Positions 26,890 to 38,940 of a DNA stretch of 64,000 nucleotides are shown here, in pieces. Numbering within the stretch: position 1 is the stretch's first letter; each line of letters starts with the position of its first letter. The notes below the pieces were generated by a model. The model worked only from the letters and a program-made list of their open reading frames with translations. It ran no database searches and was not told where the DNA came from. Source of the stretch: Eutreptiella sp. 'Long Island Sound 2002' (Eukaryota; Protista; Euglenida). The translations under genes and the position numbers were made by a program. Where the stretch lies: positions 171,244,001-171,308,000 of the forward strand of contig OZ038378.1 of NCBI GenBank assembly GCA_964036045.1. The letters run 5' to 3'.

Positions 26890-28064
26890 CTGCGGACCAA
26901 CGTCAATGCACAGATGCAGGGAGGATCGCGTGCGGTTTCTGTTGGGCCCGGGTGTACCCATTGGATGGACTACTGGCAGCGGGGGCACAGAGGTGGGGGG
27001 CTTCAGGAGGCGAAGACCCAGGGCCTGTTGCGTTGTGCTGGCGTTGCAGTAAACAAACAATTGTGCAGACCCTACGAACAAACAATCGGCCAGGGCTTGG
27101 GCTTGGGTGAGGCTTGATTAGTCCCCAGCCACCCAGGTTTTGGGGGGAACCCACCAACCCAAAAGCCTCCCTCTCCTGCAGGGGGGGGGGGGGGGCACCC
27201 ACCCGCCCACCCACTGAGCCATGCACCCACTTTCTGGATGCTGCTAATTCCTGGAGGATTCTGGATGGATGCTGTTAACTCCAGATACATCTTGACACAT
27301 GCAGTGCACAAGGGCATTGGACCAGCTCAGGGATTTCTTTCAAGCAGATAATCTCCAGTTGCAGTTTCAGCCATTTCTCTTCCTCTGAATCGGAGGACGA
27401 GGAGTCAGAAGACAGCGAATCTGACTCTGTACTTTTGCAGGGATTCGCTCATCTGATTGGGTTGCCAAGTTCTGTTCATGGTTTTCCGTGAATTCCTGTG
27501 ATTTTCTGGATTGTCTCTGGATGGACGCTGTCATTTATGGAGGTCTCTGGATTGACACTGTTATTTGCTGGATCAGACCACCATAGTTGCGGCTGGGGCA
27601 CTACTGGTGCCTCTGTATCTTTCAAACCCTGTTGGAGGGCAGGGGGATCGCGCTTAGAGACCCCCTCCCCCCCCTCCCCGGCCGAGCTCTTGGAGCAAGC
27701 CATCTTTTTTCCGCAGCTTAAATTTTATGGCGGTTGGTGGTAGATCAGCAACATCTGTTCACTGGTGCACAGAGTCAAGGGGTCTTTTTTCCACTCAAGA
27801 AGGGTCAGTCACACTCAGTTGGCGAGCCTGTCACGGGCACACCACAGTCACGGAGCTTGTCATACAGGCTTGTCTGGGCACAAGGAGACTCAGTGTGGGG
27901 CAGCAGCAGATGGGGCTGGGCGGGCAGGGGGAAGGGGCGTGGGGGAGGGGGGGGTCTGTGACCCAAACATTGTGGCGAAAAATGGTTGCTTCATTGAAAT
28001 TTGACTTGTTCCTTCAACAAAAGATCTGCCAAACGAGAGGGGGGGCAGGGCATGGGCTCCTTGG

Positions 28065-28165
28065 GTGGTGGTGGTGGTGCTTCCGGTTCCGGTTCCGGTG
28101 TCGCAGGCGGTGATGGTGCTGGGGTTGGTGGTGGTGGTGGTGGTGGTGGTGGTGGTGGTGGCGGT
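28065..28165 (+). repeat. (GGT)n microsatellite, interrupted
   Basis: Read directly. Confidence 0.9.
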
Positions 28166-28219
28166 CGCCTTGGAAAGGGCAGGGAATATGAAGGGCGCTT
28201 GCAGGGGTCGGAGCAGAGC

Positions 28220-28498
28220 CTGCTGCAGCTTCTTCAGCCCTCCATTGATCTTATCGGCCAACAAGTGGATGCTCTCGAGCTTCTCCGCATAGATATCACG
28301 GTATAAATCAATGAAGCCGAGGTACGACTTGGGCGTGCAGTAGACAGACTTGCGGTAGCGCTGGAAGTACTCCGACGTGCAGTCCGTGACGATCTTGTGG
28401 ACGTTGGCCACGAGGCCGTACAAGTGGTTCTTGGTCTTTTGATCCGCCTCCATAGCGTAGGGGTCCAGGAATTTGGTGGCGACGTCCAGCAGCGCCTC
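28220..28498 (-). CDS. DNAH5: Dynein heavy chain exon, AAA4 lid to stalk CC1: EALLDVA...TPKSYLGFI...GGLKKLQQ
   Basis: Acceptor TTGCAG|GAG; donor is CAG|GCTCTG (GC donor); 279 nt, phase 0-0; TPKSYL motif. Confidence 0.93.
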
Positions 28499-30099
28499 CT
28501 GCAACACCGCGGTGCAGAGCGCACTGACCCTAACATCTCCCTCGGACCTGCCCCACACAATCACACAGAGAACCCGCCCCCCCGGGACCCGCCCCGGGGG
28601 ATTCATCGGACCCCTGGGGGGACAGGGGGCAAACCACTCACTACAAACGCGGATTGAATTTTCCAGTCGGTATGTCTGGTTTGATGCACTTCATCGTGTT
28701 TGTGGTGGCGTGCCTCCGGGGCTGTATGTTCGTGTGGACGTCAGGGGTGCAGAGTACCCTCCAAACTTCACCGCGTGTGCTGGCAGCGCTGGCAGGGGAG
28801 TCCGCACCACAAGGGCAGAATGCTACGATGGTGACCAGTGGGGCAGACATTCCGCTCACCAACAAGCTCCACTACCCGCAACTCTGGCAAAGCCGCACAC
28901 TCGGCACAGTGTAAAATAAATGAACTTTTGAATGTGCAGAAAGAATACATACCAAAGACAAATATATCATCAGGAGCCTGTGTAAAGCTGACCACGTTCA
29001 ACGGAGCTGCCCACGGGGGGGGGGGTTCTGGAACCAGTTCACTCGGAGGTGCATAAATGACAGCACTTCTTTGTTTTTTTGTTCGTTTTCTTGTCGTTTT
29101 CTTGATTTCTTCAGCCCCCCCCCCCCAGGCACCATAGAAGGGCAAGGGCAAGGAGGGCAATCTACTGGGCACCTCCTGCTCCCTACTGCCATGCAGCGCT
29201 CGGAATCAAGGAAGAGTTTCGCTCATCTGTCCACCGCATGTACTCGGAGACGGCGCCCAAAGACGGGCCAAGAAAACAGGAAAGGCGCAGTCAGACAGGA
29301 TGCCTGTCCTCGGACACCGCTTGCTCACACGGAGCCCGCGTGTGGCACGTCCGCGCGCACACACCATCGACGAAGCAGCCGTTGCACATCACAAGCATGC
29401 CGCCCCAGGCGAAGACCATGCACATCCCGCAGATATGCAGGAACAGGTACATCCAAAGCGCTGGTGCAAACAACGTGTGATTGGCTTCAACGTGCACTAC
29501 TCTTTAGCTGGAAGAAGACGCCTGGAGGCGAGGCCTTTCTCACTTGCGCCGCACGCGAGACTCTTGCACTCGCCCACCACTGCTCTTCTTGCGTGCAGGT
29601 TTGGGACGGGGCCTGGGGGTTGCAGGGTCCGGTGCAGGCACGACGGACTGCGGGATTTCCAACATCTCACAACAAAAAAACCCGCAACGTTGAGCACCAC
29701 TTGCGGGTTCCTTCATTCTGGTGCCACAAAAGCCCAGGGTAGCAAAACACGCCGTCAGATGGGGTTCCCATTCGTTTACTTGATTGCGCACGCGGGAGCA
29801 TGGGGCAATGGCGCCCCCCTCGAAAACGTTAACCAAAGGAAGCCCTCTGCACTCCACACCCTGATACAGCAGTTTGTGACCTTTGAACTTTCTATCTGCC
29901 ATGCTGCCCGCGAAAAAACCAAGGCACCTCGAAGAAATACATTGCTGGTCGTCAATTACACCAGCTTGCCTCATCGCTTGAAAAGGGTTTCAATTTCTGA
30001 CATTATGGTATCTTGCTGAATACCAAAGCATCCTTGAAAAAAGCTGCAGCAATAATAAAGCCTTGTTCCGGGGATGACGTACTTGTGTGGAATTGATAC

Positions 30100-30354
30100 C
30101 TGCGGCCATGGGAAGAACCAATTGATCGTACAGTAGGCGATGAGCCCAGGGAACTTGCGGGCCCGCAGCCGGAACTTGTCGCCAACGGGGCTGAAGCACA
30201 GTACAAAGTGCAACTTATCGCGCACGCGGTTGATGAAATATTTCCAGAGGTAGTCTGGGGTGTCGTTGAACTCGCGGGGCTTCTCCTTCTTGGCGATGGG
30301 GCGGATGTCATTGCAAGCACTGTCCTTATCTTCGCCCCCGAAGAGGCCTGGGAC
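30100..30354 (-). CDS. DNAH5: Dynein heavy chain exon, AAA4: VPGLF...RVRDKLHFVLCFSPVGDKFRLRARKFPGLIAYCTINWFFPWPQ
   Basis: Acceptor CTCCAG|GTC, donor CAG|GTATCA; 255 nt, phase 0-0. Confidence 0.96.
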
Positions 30355-32092
30355 CTGGAGAACGGGGTGGCAAAGGAAAGCAGTACAGCGAGGAGGGGCT
30401 GCGGGAGGGGTGTGCACTCCTTGGTGCCACAGATTGCTCCATGAAAACTGAACAGCTCAGGAGTAATTAGCCCAGCAGCCCACATTTTCCTGCCAAGCGC
30501 GCCAAACACCTTTTGCCTTTTGTCTGCCAAGTGCGATCAAGTGTCCCTTGGGGGTGGGGGGGGGGAAGGCTCAAACACACTGAACATGACAGGACACCAC
30601 AAAGCAAACCCCATGAAATGACCTGGTGTTGAGCCGGGTACGCCATGACGTTGGCACACCCTGAAAAGGGACCGGCCTCGTTACAAAGACTATAGTCCGG
30701 GTACAGATTACAAGCGGCACAAATCACAAACAGGACAAATTATAGCGGTCTGAGGCACCCACACTATGCAAGCGGAATCTGTCCTGACAAACAGTTTATA
30801 GCAAATTAAGACAGGTTTCCTCGGGACCTGGGTCATTGCAATCATTGCAGCACACAGAAGCCTCAGTGTTATCACCCTCAAATCCGGCTGTGGACGATTC
30901 GCACACAATTATGTCTATATGGGGGAGTTGTTGTGGCGACGCTGGTACACATAGCGCCAAATGCCCATAATCTCCCAAGACCTGAAAATGCATGTCTTGG
31001 ACAACTCTGCAAAACATGCTTGCCCTTACCAGTAGCCCCGAAATGCCAACCAAGAAAGTTTCAAAGAGCGTGTGCTGGAGGTCTGTAAAATTTACGGCAG
31101 GGAAATGTCACAAGCGGTACAAACTACCGCGGTCGAGAAGGCTGTGGGATAAATTTTACCGCGACATTTTCTTCCCAGACTGAAGGAGCATGTCTGCCCT
31201 GGGGGACGACTACAACCGGTCTTGATGCGACGCCCCCCCAAGCCAAAACTTGAGGGGGCAGCTCGGCCGGGGGGTCCTCAATAGGTCAGGTGTGGACCCG
31301 CCACTTAGCTCCAGCCGCGCCTGCCTCACGGCCTTCATTGCCAACTCAGTTCCATGATTGTGCGTGTCACGCGGACAGTGCTTTGCAGTTCTTGTCCCTT
31401 CCCTCCGCCCTGAATGGGGTAAGAGTTGGGCTGCATCTACTGGGTTCTGGGCTTTGTCGCCTGTTGGACTGAGTTCGGGGCGTAGCGTATGAATGTGTCC
31501 CACTTTGGTGTCCGCCGGTGCACTGGTATGCTTGCTTTTGCTGGCCCCTCTTAGTCACATACCTATGTATCAGGTATCCCTGGTCATGGGGGGTTGGGGG
31601 GGGCTGCGCACAACCCACTACTACCACATGCATACCTCAAGGGTGTGTGGGCATGGAGGTATAGAGGTATGTATGCGATAATAGCGATTTCTCGTCTTGC
31701 CAGGAAGAAAGTCTTAAGGGTCGCCGTGTTGCCCCCCTCCCCCCTCCCCCCTCCCCCTCTTAAGGACCAAAGGCATAGGACCCCCTTCAACTAAGCATGG
31801 GACCAAATGGCCCCAACACCGCTATCGTTTCAAACTCAGGGGGGGGGGGGGGGGCTGGGGGGTGTCACATACAAGGACCGGGCCCGGCTGCCCCCCCGGG
31901 ATGTCTGCAATATCGTCACCTCTGGTGCCAAGACACAAAATCTAATCACGACCCAAGCTTGTGAATCCATAACTGTGCAAGATCTTAGAGTGTCAGGCCT
32001 AGGCCTGCAAGCTGCGAAGCGTGTGGCATGCCGAGGGCCATCAGCATGTGCTTTGAAACTCGTCTCCAGATGGCATATTGAGAAGGGTGGAG

Positions 32093-32865
32093 CCACGGGG
32101 GGGGCGACTCCTCGGTTCTGGACGCCAACTACCCCCCCAACTAACTGTTGGCCGGAGGCCCCTTGGGGGGGGGGGGGGGGGGGGGGGGGCAATTGGAGGG
32201 CGGGGTTCAGGGAGGGCGAATGGGGGGGGGGGTATTGGAGGGGCTGGGGGGGGGGGGGCTCCGGGAGGGTCGGTTGGGGGGGGGGGGTCCAAGTGGGGCA
32301 ATTCGGGGTGGTTGGGGGGGGGGTGTCTAGGTGGGGCGATTTGGGGTGTTGGGGGGGGGGGGGCAGGCTCCCCTTACCTCCCCCTAACCATACCATCACC
32401 ATAAACCTAACCCTAACCTTTGCAGCTAGTTGGTTTGGCCATGCCAGCCATGTTGATTGGGCTGAACAAGATGCCCCAAATTTCGTCCATGGTTGCTTTT
32501 GCCACATCATTGCTCTCCATTTTGGACCCCAACACTCACTCTGACCCTAGCCTAGGGTGAGAGCCAGGGCTAGGGTTAGGGCTAGGGCTAGGGTTAGGAT
32601 TAGGTGTAGGGATAGGAGTAGGCTTGGGGTTGGGGGTGGGTGTTAGAGTCAAGGTTGGGTTTAAGGATAGTGTTGGGGTGCAAATTGGACAAAATTTTCC
32701 TTAGGGCACCTTTGGTGTTCATGTAGCATCAGGCGCCTTAGGCGCCCATGGAGGCCTGAGGGCGACACCTTTGGCAACTAACTGTTGGCCGAAGGCCCCT
32801 AGGGGGGGGGGGGGGGGGCAGGGGTAGTTGGCGTCCCAGGACCCGCGGAGTCGCCCCCCCCGTGG
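32093..32865. mobile_element. MITE-like segment bounded by ~43-bp imperfect terminal inverted repeats, enclosing G-tracts and telomere-like hexamers
   Basis: 32093-32135 ccacggggggggcgactcctcggttctggacgccaactacccc is the imperfect inverse of 32821-32865. No clear TSD. Confidence 0.45.
32565..32665 (+). repeat. Degenerate interstitial telomere-like hexamer run (TTAGGG/CTAGGG and variants)
   Basis: CTAGGG TTAGGG CTAGGG CTAGGG TTAGGA TTAGGT GTAGGG... in hexamer phase; C-strand remnant AACCTAACCCTAACC at ~32404-32418. Confidence 0.75.
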
Positions 32866-33859
32866 GCGGAGCAGACCAGACTTCATTTATAAGGGGCTGG
32901 GGGGTTTTGGGATTTTGAGGCACCCACCCAACCAAGACCAAGCCACCCACCCAGACCCCCCCGACCCTTGTAAATATTGGATGGGGGGGTTGAGGCGCTC
33001 TCCCGCGGCTGAACGGCATGCTTCGAATGTTGCTTTTGTTGGCATCGTTGTTGCTGCCGCCACTGCTGCAGCTGTTGCTAGTGTTTGTAATGCTGCTACT
33101 GCTGTTGTTGCTGGTGCCCACAAGGTTCTGCTCGTTCACAAACAATGCTCAAAGGGTCTTTGTGGTCTACTGGCTTTTCAACTGTTTTTGGTGTCGATCA
33201 CTTTTGCAGTGCTCACGTTCACCCTTTTCCACATTCGATATGAGTACTCCACAACCATAGCGGTACTTCCCAAGCTGCCGCATAGCAAAACAAAATCAAA
33301 CAATGAGGTCTGCAGATACACAGGTCTGCAGGTACACACAAAGCGACCCCAATGGCATGACAAATGGAGCTGCTGTCACTGCAACTCCCAACCTTGCAAA
33401 AGAAGCGGAGCTCAAAACAGTTTCCTTAACCGGGAATTGAACCACAGACCTCTAAAACTGGACACAGCTGCAGTACTGTTCTACTATAATCTAGACATGT
33501 TGCATGAACCTCCCATTCAGGTAATTCCCCACATTTTAAATCGAAAAAAAAGCGCCATCAGCCTGCACTCTAACATTAAACGGTGGGGGTCCTAGACTAC
33601 AGACCCACCCACCCACCCAGAGTACAATTCTAAGAGGGGGGGGGGGTCCAGACTTTTGACCCACCCACCCAGGCTGGGGCACCCCCCAGAACACCCCCCC
33701 CCCAGTTAACTTAATTTCTTGTAGACGAAGTCTGGAGCAGACACAGGTCTAGTGAGGTCTGATTGCCTGACTGACCCATATGTGCCTAGCAACACAGCGG
33801 GCTGGTTTTTCCTGTCAGCTCCGCAATTGTTCTACCCTGAACCTGGAGGGCCCTGGGGG

Positions 33860-33891
33860 CCCAGAAATCTTAACCACTAGACCACACGGGA
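33860..33891 (-). pseudogene. 5' half of a tRNA-Glu-like sequence (TCCCGTGTGGTCTAGTGGTTAAGATTTCTGGG), paralog of 34627-34698
   Basis: Canonical tRNA-Glu 5' end and A box; shares ~150-190 bp of adjacent flank with the other copy. Confidence 0.7.
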
Positions 33892-34626
33892 TTTCTACAC
33901 ATAGGTGTACTGAGGGAGGGTGGCAGCAGCAGGTGTGTTTCGGGGGGGATGGACGTTCGGACTGATTTGCAGGCAAACCCCTCCAGCCCCTCGACCCCTG
34001 TACATAGGTTCGTGCATGACCCTCTTTATTTCTTTGGGGGGGGGGGAGACAAAACACACACACCCATGACCCCTGAATGTGTTCCCATCTGGTTACAGGA
34101 AAAAACTGTTTTTTCTCAAAGTTGACACCAGAAGCCTGAGGGGGATTTTGTCCGAGGAGAAGAAGAATGTAATACTCTGTATTTTGAGCAAGAAACAGAT
34201 GGGGCACAATGAGGTCAATTTAAAGGCCCAAGCTCAACACCCCAAAAGGCATCCAGTATGCAGGTTGCCCAGCCTATGAAGTTTCCACTTGGGATGCAGC
34301 TACTTGGTTGAGTCTTGTGATTTCTCGGGATAGCCAGGTTGCTTCAGGCCATTGTCTTGTGCCACTCTCGAGAACAAAACACTGGGTGACAGTGGGATGC
34401 CTGACTTTGCAGCTGATGCTGTCATACCGGCCCTGAAAATTGGCTGCCAACCAAAAACCACACCAAACGAGCGTGCCTCACCATTTGGGTGCATCCATCT
34501 GCCCAACAGATTCCGATGTGCTTTGGAGCCATGTGGCAGCAGATCAGATCCTTGTGCTGATTTACAAAAAACGCCAGCCCATAATGTATGCTGTCTCCCA
34601 ACGCACTACGGAGGAGGCAAAAAGTC

Positions 34627-34698
34627 TCCCCTGCAGGGAATCGAACCCCGTCCGCCTAAGCTTTCTCCCAGAAATCCTAGCCACTAGGCGGCACGGGA
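34627..34698 (-). pseudogene. tRNA-Glu-derived pseudo-tRNA or SINE head (72 nt) with A and B boxes; anticodon arm destroyed
   Basis: TCCCGTGCCGCCTAGTGGCTAGGATT...GGGTTCGATTCCCTGCAGGGGA. The acceptor stem pairs only 4 bp and the anticodon stem does not pair. Confidence 0.75.
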
Positions 34699-35141
34699 TT
34701 TCTACACATATGCGTACTAAGGGAGGGCGGCGGCAGCAGAGGGGGGGATGGGCGGACGTTCGGACGGGTTTGCGGCCCGACCCCTCCAGCCCCTCTACCC
34801 GTGTACATGGATGCACAGACACACATGGCGAATGACCCCGTTCATTTGTGTTTCAGGGGCGGTGACGGGCTGGGGCCCTGCTGTATTTGCCGGCCTTTGG
34901 CCGTAACAGCGATGACCGGTGCGGAGTAGGCCCAAGATTTTCGACCTAACTGGACCCATGCTCCTACAGAGACTCAGTGAGGGTACCAAAGACTGGATTC
35001 CCGTGCGAAAAACAGTCAGAAGTCCGAGGATGTCACTCGAGCTGTGAAGCAAGTTGTTGAACGATAGGGGAACATGAAGTCCAGAGTAGGGGGAACCACA
35101 AGGAGGGAACGAGTCTGAGGGGGTAAACGGAAGCAAAGTAC

Positions 35142-35228
35142 CTCTCCAGAGGACAAGAAATTGTTGATGTACTCCAGGAAGCGTTCCTGCTTGATCTCGT
35201 TGTCAGTGAAGATGAACGTAATATGCCC
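35142..35228 (-). CDS. DNAH5: Dynein heavy chain exon, AAA4: [29 protein letters not shown]
   Basis: Acceptor ATTCAG|GGG, donor GAG|GTACTT; 87 nt, phase 0-0; strongly conserved AAA4 motif. Confidence 0.95.
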
Positions 35229-37474
35229 CTGAATTGTAGGACACAGGGCGTGAAGTGGCAAGCGGATACCCCTCTTGAAAGCAGGCGGTCAAATCAAACA
35301 CAGATCTCGTTCAATAGGTACTCTACTTCGTAGTCCCTTCTACCGCTGCTGAACCGCATTGTGTTCCTTGGAAGTACCTGGCCCTCAGGACGGTGGACAA
35401 CTTGTTGCTCAATGTGTTAAGAAGCATTTGTCAGGAGTCAGTTCCTAGATTGTCATTGATTTCCTCGGAAGGAAGCCCCTGTTCTTGAAGAGCAACACTT
35501 CGTCATTGATATGCACAGGTGGTGTGCAGTGGAACTTTTACTGCCCCAGAAGGAACGCTGGGCTATTGCACGGGTGCACAAGAGGCAGTCAGCATAAAGC
35601 GCAGAAAGAGATTTGGCTCGTCAGTGGCCTACACGAGGGGGGCAGCCTGTTCGAATTCTAGACCCCAAGCGGGTGCGAAACCTTTTGGGGGTCTGGAAGG
35701 AGGGGGGGTAGGTGGGTCGGCTGGTCAGGCGCTGGGCTCCCCAGGGGGGGTCGGTGGGTACCCCAACATACATACCCCAAAATGATCCCCATGACGCACT
35801 GATCATTTGGAACATACACAACTGGAGTAAAAAAAATTTCAGAAAAATTGTCCCATTAGCTCAGGCTCCCATCAGCCAAGGTCCGACCCAGAGGTCAGGT
35901 CGGGGGTAAAATGTTTTTGTGTGTGTTTTTCACCACTTGTGAATTCTCCACCAAATTCTGAGTATTTTGAGTATAGACACGTAGGGCAAAAAAAAAAAAA
36001 AAACCCGTCAGAAGGCCAAAATTTTTTTCGGCGCCTTTGGCGCCAACACTTTCCTCCAGAAAGTGGAGAAAGACGGGTTCGAAAACTTTGGGGGAGATGG
36101 GGGGGAGGGGGGGGGGGTCTGGAATTCGAACAGGCCGCCCCCCTCGGGCCTACAAGACCATAGGTACCTTTCTGTCACAAGACTGAGACGGGATGATGCC
36201 TGCGGGCAGTCCACTGAGCAGGCAAAGAGCGGTGGAGTTGCAGCGGTATGTTCCTGGCCACCGCCATGCGACCGGACCCAACGGTCAATTAACTACTGAG
36301 TTCGCTGATAGTTGGAAACACAGGTGCCCCCTCCCCCCGGGGCTGAAGCCCCAAGCGGATTAGTGTGGATTACTGCCCCCCCTCCTGGTCAAAGTCTCTG
36401 CGGAAATCATTTCCCCCCTTTTCTCCTCATCAGGAACTTCAGCACCATTTGCATCAGCCTCAGCGCCAGTGGTTGCATACCAAAGCACATGCAGCAACAT
36501 CAGGAGTAGGGCAGTATCATCAGCACCAGCAGGGAGAGGTACAAGTGCAGCAATATCCACAGCAATGTTCTGCTGCAGTAAGCAGCAGGAGGGCTCTCAG
36601 GGTCACCGACATCACAATCGCATTCATCGTGTTCGGGAGACCCCAAAAAGAAGAAATGCCCGCCCCAAATGAGAACAGGCACATGTCCTTATGGTGCCTC
36701 ACCTCCTTACGGTGCCTCACCCGGAGATCCTCCCCCATTGAGTTGGACAACAAAAACGCCATTTTTGAGCTTGTCAGAGAAAAGGCAACCCACTGGCCAT
36801 GGCTGTTCTGCTGAAAGTGCCTGCCAGTGAAGAGAGCTTGTGTACATGTTCTTGTTTTTTGGGGGTACAGTCAGGGGAGTGTCCACAGTATGGCTAGAGA
36901 TCAAAAGAACATTGTGCATTTTCAAAATAAAAGAAAGCAAAATAGAAGCATGCAAAAGGAAAAAAGTGAAAGCATGTCTTGCCTTTTGGGGAGTGGTTCA
37001 AGAGGGAGTGGATTGGTGAATCAGGGAGTGAAGGGGAAAACAAGTGGAAGAGCGGTGAATAAGCCAGAGTGAAGTGGTAAGGGGGAGTGCTGCGGCAGAT
37101 GACAATGAGTGACGTGATACATCGCAGCGCTGGGTCCGTTGTGTGATGCTGGTTGCATTTGGTTGCAGAGGTCTGATGTTTCTTCAGCTCATGATTCTTT
37201 CCTACACCATGATGCCAAAACACAACAAGGTAAAGATGGTTTGCATTTCACCTGCACGCTTCAATGTACATAGATTGAAAAAGGATGAGCTGGAGGTTGG
37301 GCCCTCCATGTTATTGCCTTTTTCAACCAGGGATCGCCCCCTGTCTGCGGATAGTAGCCAATTACCGATGGCTGACCACCAGACACCGGCAGTCGACTAC
37401 GAAAGCGCAGTTGGTTTGTCGCCACCGGCCAGTCACCGACACAACACGACACCGTGACAGAGGGAACGGAGAAC

Positions 37475-37720
37475 CTTTACGGCCTCAAAGTACTGCGCCC
37501 GCAAGTCATCAAAGAAATGGTTCACGTTGTAGTTCTTGGTCACAGTGATTTGGAACGTACGCTGGCCCTGCACAAAACTGGACAGCCGGGTCAGCGATTG
37601 CTTGCCGGAGCCTCCGACCCCCACCAGCATTATGCTGCCCCGTGCCATGCTGAGCACCCGAGAGATACGGACCACGTGCTTGACTGCCATATCAAACAGG
37701 ACCAGATCCATCTTCTTGAC
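37475..37720 (-). CDS. DNAH5: Dynein heavy chain exon, AAA4 P-loop (GVGGSGKQSLTRL)
   Basis: Acceptor CACCAG|GTC, donor AAG|GTTCTC; 246 nt, phase 0-0; MDLVLFDMAVKHVVRISRV motif plus Walker A. Confidence 0.96.
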
Positions 37721-38026
37721 CTGGTGAAGATTGGAATTGGGCTCTGTTGAGGCTGAGATCAGGGTTTGTCTTGGAACAAGGCTACAACAATTGTCCGCAG
37801 GTGGTGCCAGTGGAAACAGGACCAGAGAGGTCTTTAGTAGTGGGCTTTGACCACAAAATAACCAGGGAGGCCACACCAGATCATGTTCTCTTAATTAGGC
37901 ATTTCTGAACTGAGTAGAAGACTGAGCAATCAATCTTGCAAAAAAAATGAGGAAAGTTCAGAAAAACTGAGTGGATACCAATTCTTTTTCGCTCAATTTT
38001 ACGCAAACATGAGTCAGAAAATTTTG

Positions 38027-38229
38027 TTTGGAAAATTGTATCCTCAGTTTTACACTATACTAACGTTCTATTGCCCTTGGCAAAGCAGCTTGAAGAGGGT
38101 GGGGGGCACCCTCACGGCTTTGGCTACGTAGGCCTGGTTGCTGCCACCCATGGGTGCTGAAACACGCATAATGGAACAAAATGTTGAACCCATTGCATAG
38201 GCAAGAGAAGGTTTTGGAAGAATTCGAAG
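38027..38229 (+). repeat. ~200-bp direct repeat, copy 1
   Basis: Near-identical to 39762-39962 (a few substitutions and indels by eye). Confidence 0.92.
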
Positions 38230-38540
38230 TGTGGGAAATTTCCAAGTGCAAAGTGAGAAACAATGTAGGTTTCCAAGGCGGACGGGCCGCGGAAATGAAG
38301 GGGAGGGGGGCTGTTTTTATGCCATAAAGTCAAAGAGCACCCATTGCATCCAAGCAAAGGGGCTGCATTGCGCATTAGCCCTAGGTGTATGATGCATAAA
38401 AGCTTGGACAGAAGAGCAAGGGTTACAGTGCCGAAGTTGGACAAAGATGTGATGTTGCTTGCAAACCCGTCCATCATGGAAAAAACTTTGCGTTGCGCCT
38501 TCTCCTCTCTCGTGTACTGACTGGTTGCACCCCCCCCCCC

Positions 38541-38940
38541 ATCCGCCCCCCGTGGGTGGCCCATGTGACATCCGCCCGCCGTGGGGGGCCCATGTGACAT
38601 CCGCCCCCTGTGGGGGGCCCATGTGACATCCGCCCCAGTTGGGGGCCTATGTGACATCCGCCCCCCGTGGGGGACCCATGTGACATCCGCCCCCCGTGGG
38701 GGGCCCATGTGACATCCGCCCCCATGCGGGGCCTATGTGACATCCGCCCACCGTGGGGGGCCCATGTGACATGCACCCCCCGTGGGGGGCCCATGTGACA
38801 TGTGCCCCCCGTGGGGGGCCTATGTGACATGTGCCCCCCGTGGGGGGCCTATGTGACATCCGCCCCCTGTGGGGGGTCTATGTGACATCCGCCCCCCGTG
38901 GGGGCCCTTGTGACATCTGCCCCCCCGTGGGGGCCCATAT
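38541..38940. repeat. ~29-bp GC-rich minisatellite (CATGTGACATCCGCCCCCCGTGGGGGGCC), ~14 copies
   Basis: Read directly; each unit contains a C6-GT-G6 inverted repeat. Confidence 0.95.

Noticed and set aside
26890-28219. Euglenid non-conventional intron
   Set aside because: No sliding position within the GCAGGC repeat gives the CAG(+4..+6)/CTG(-8..-6) signature, and no end pairing is evident; GC-AG is simpler.
20185-33595. Gly/Pro/Thr/Ala-rich ORFs (e.g. 21559-22527, 31807-32544, 31836-32510, 32828-33595) and plus-strand ORFs overlapping exons
   Set aside because: They come from G/C tracts, trinucleotide repeats or antisense shadows of GC-rich dynein exons, with no homology signal.
34627-34698. 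Functional tRNA gene
   Set aside because: The anticodon stem-loop does not pair and the acceptor stem is broken at three positions.
30355-35141. Hidden extra dynein exon in the 4.8-kb intron
   Set aside because: The flanking exons join as LSSGE|VPGLF, colinear with DNAH5 LSSGEVSNLF, so nothing is missing.
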